The notes under the pieces were generated by a model. That model was not told the DNA's origin, searched no databases, and saw only the letters and a program-made list of their open reading frames with translations. Below are positions 63,698 through 64,000 of a stretch of DNA of 64,000 nucleotides, piece after piece. The stretch spans positions 140,015 through 204,014 of the IMG/VR virus record IMGVR_UViG_3300023218_000040; one strand, written 5' to 3'. The DNA comes from a virus. Its lineage: Duplodnaviria > Caudoviricetes. The stretch's first letter is position 1. Every line of letters starts with the position of its first letter. A program made the translations under genes and the position numbers.

Positions 63698-64000
63698 ATG
63701 AAACATTACACTCGTACCTGGAAGGGCGGTCTTCGCTGGCTACCCTTTGAATATCGTTACGATCCCGTTCCACATACCCACTGTTGGCGTGGCGGTGGTT
63801 ACGGTTCCATTCTACGAAATCCACGCACCACACAAGAACGCCGAGCCTCTTACCTCACCGAAGATGAAATTTACTACGGTGTGAATATTCGTGGTCGTCG
63901 TAAGTCACACAGCCTACCCAACGCTTGGGATGATTACGTTCGTTCCGACTTCAACTGCAAAAACTGGAAGAAACACCGTCGAACTCAGTGGAAACCTTCT
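63698..64000 (+). CDS. Conserved basic phage protein (3' truncated by window)
   Basis: RBS AAGGAG; RT.QERR...IRGRR..LPNAWDD...WKKHR.TQWK. Confidence 0.65.
   Translation, partial: MKHYTRTWKGGLRWLPFEYRYDPVPHTHCWRGGGYGSILRNPRTTQERRASYLTEDEIYYGVNIRGRRKSHSLPNAWDDYVRSDFNCKNWKKHRRTQWKPS

Overview
A 64-kb segment of a large lytic dsDNA phage with T4-like features: TATAAATA/TAAATA late promoters, a gp21-like protein, a PAAR protein, a gp57B/Acb1 domain and Gly-rich tail-fibre genes. The host is most likely an alphaproteobacterium (inference from a circularly permuted two-piece tmRNA whose tag ends in -LAA). The window is rich in RNA and translation-maintenance functions: 12 canonical tRNAs, tmRNA, an RNase P RNA, two RNA ligases, a PNK-phosphatase, a Pth2-like hydrolase, ClpP and an S41 protease. 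It also carries metabolic genes (intein-split guaC, nadA, dCMP deaminase, MaoC, radical SAMs, a sulfotransferase), a MoxR-AAA/vWA pair, a MotA/MotB-like membrane triad, selfish endonucleases, a TnpB right-end remnant and many small early genes behind repeated sigma70 promoter cassettes. The most unusual signals are non-coding. Two CCA-ending tRNA-like genes (anticodons GTA and TCT) lack a D-arm in the normal position, and a D-strand complement plus D-loop-like GG appears instead in the variable region (putative pseudoknotted tRNAs). A ~630-nt promoter-driven RNA contains three hairpin+H-type pseudoknot modules with covarying pairs and ends in a 61-nt tRNA-like CCA domain. A further multi-helix ncRNA candidate precedes the tRNA-Glu cluster. 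All family assignments come from motifs read by eye; no database searches or folding programs were run.
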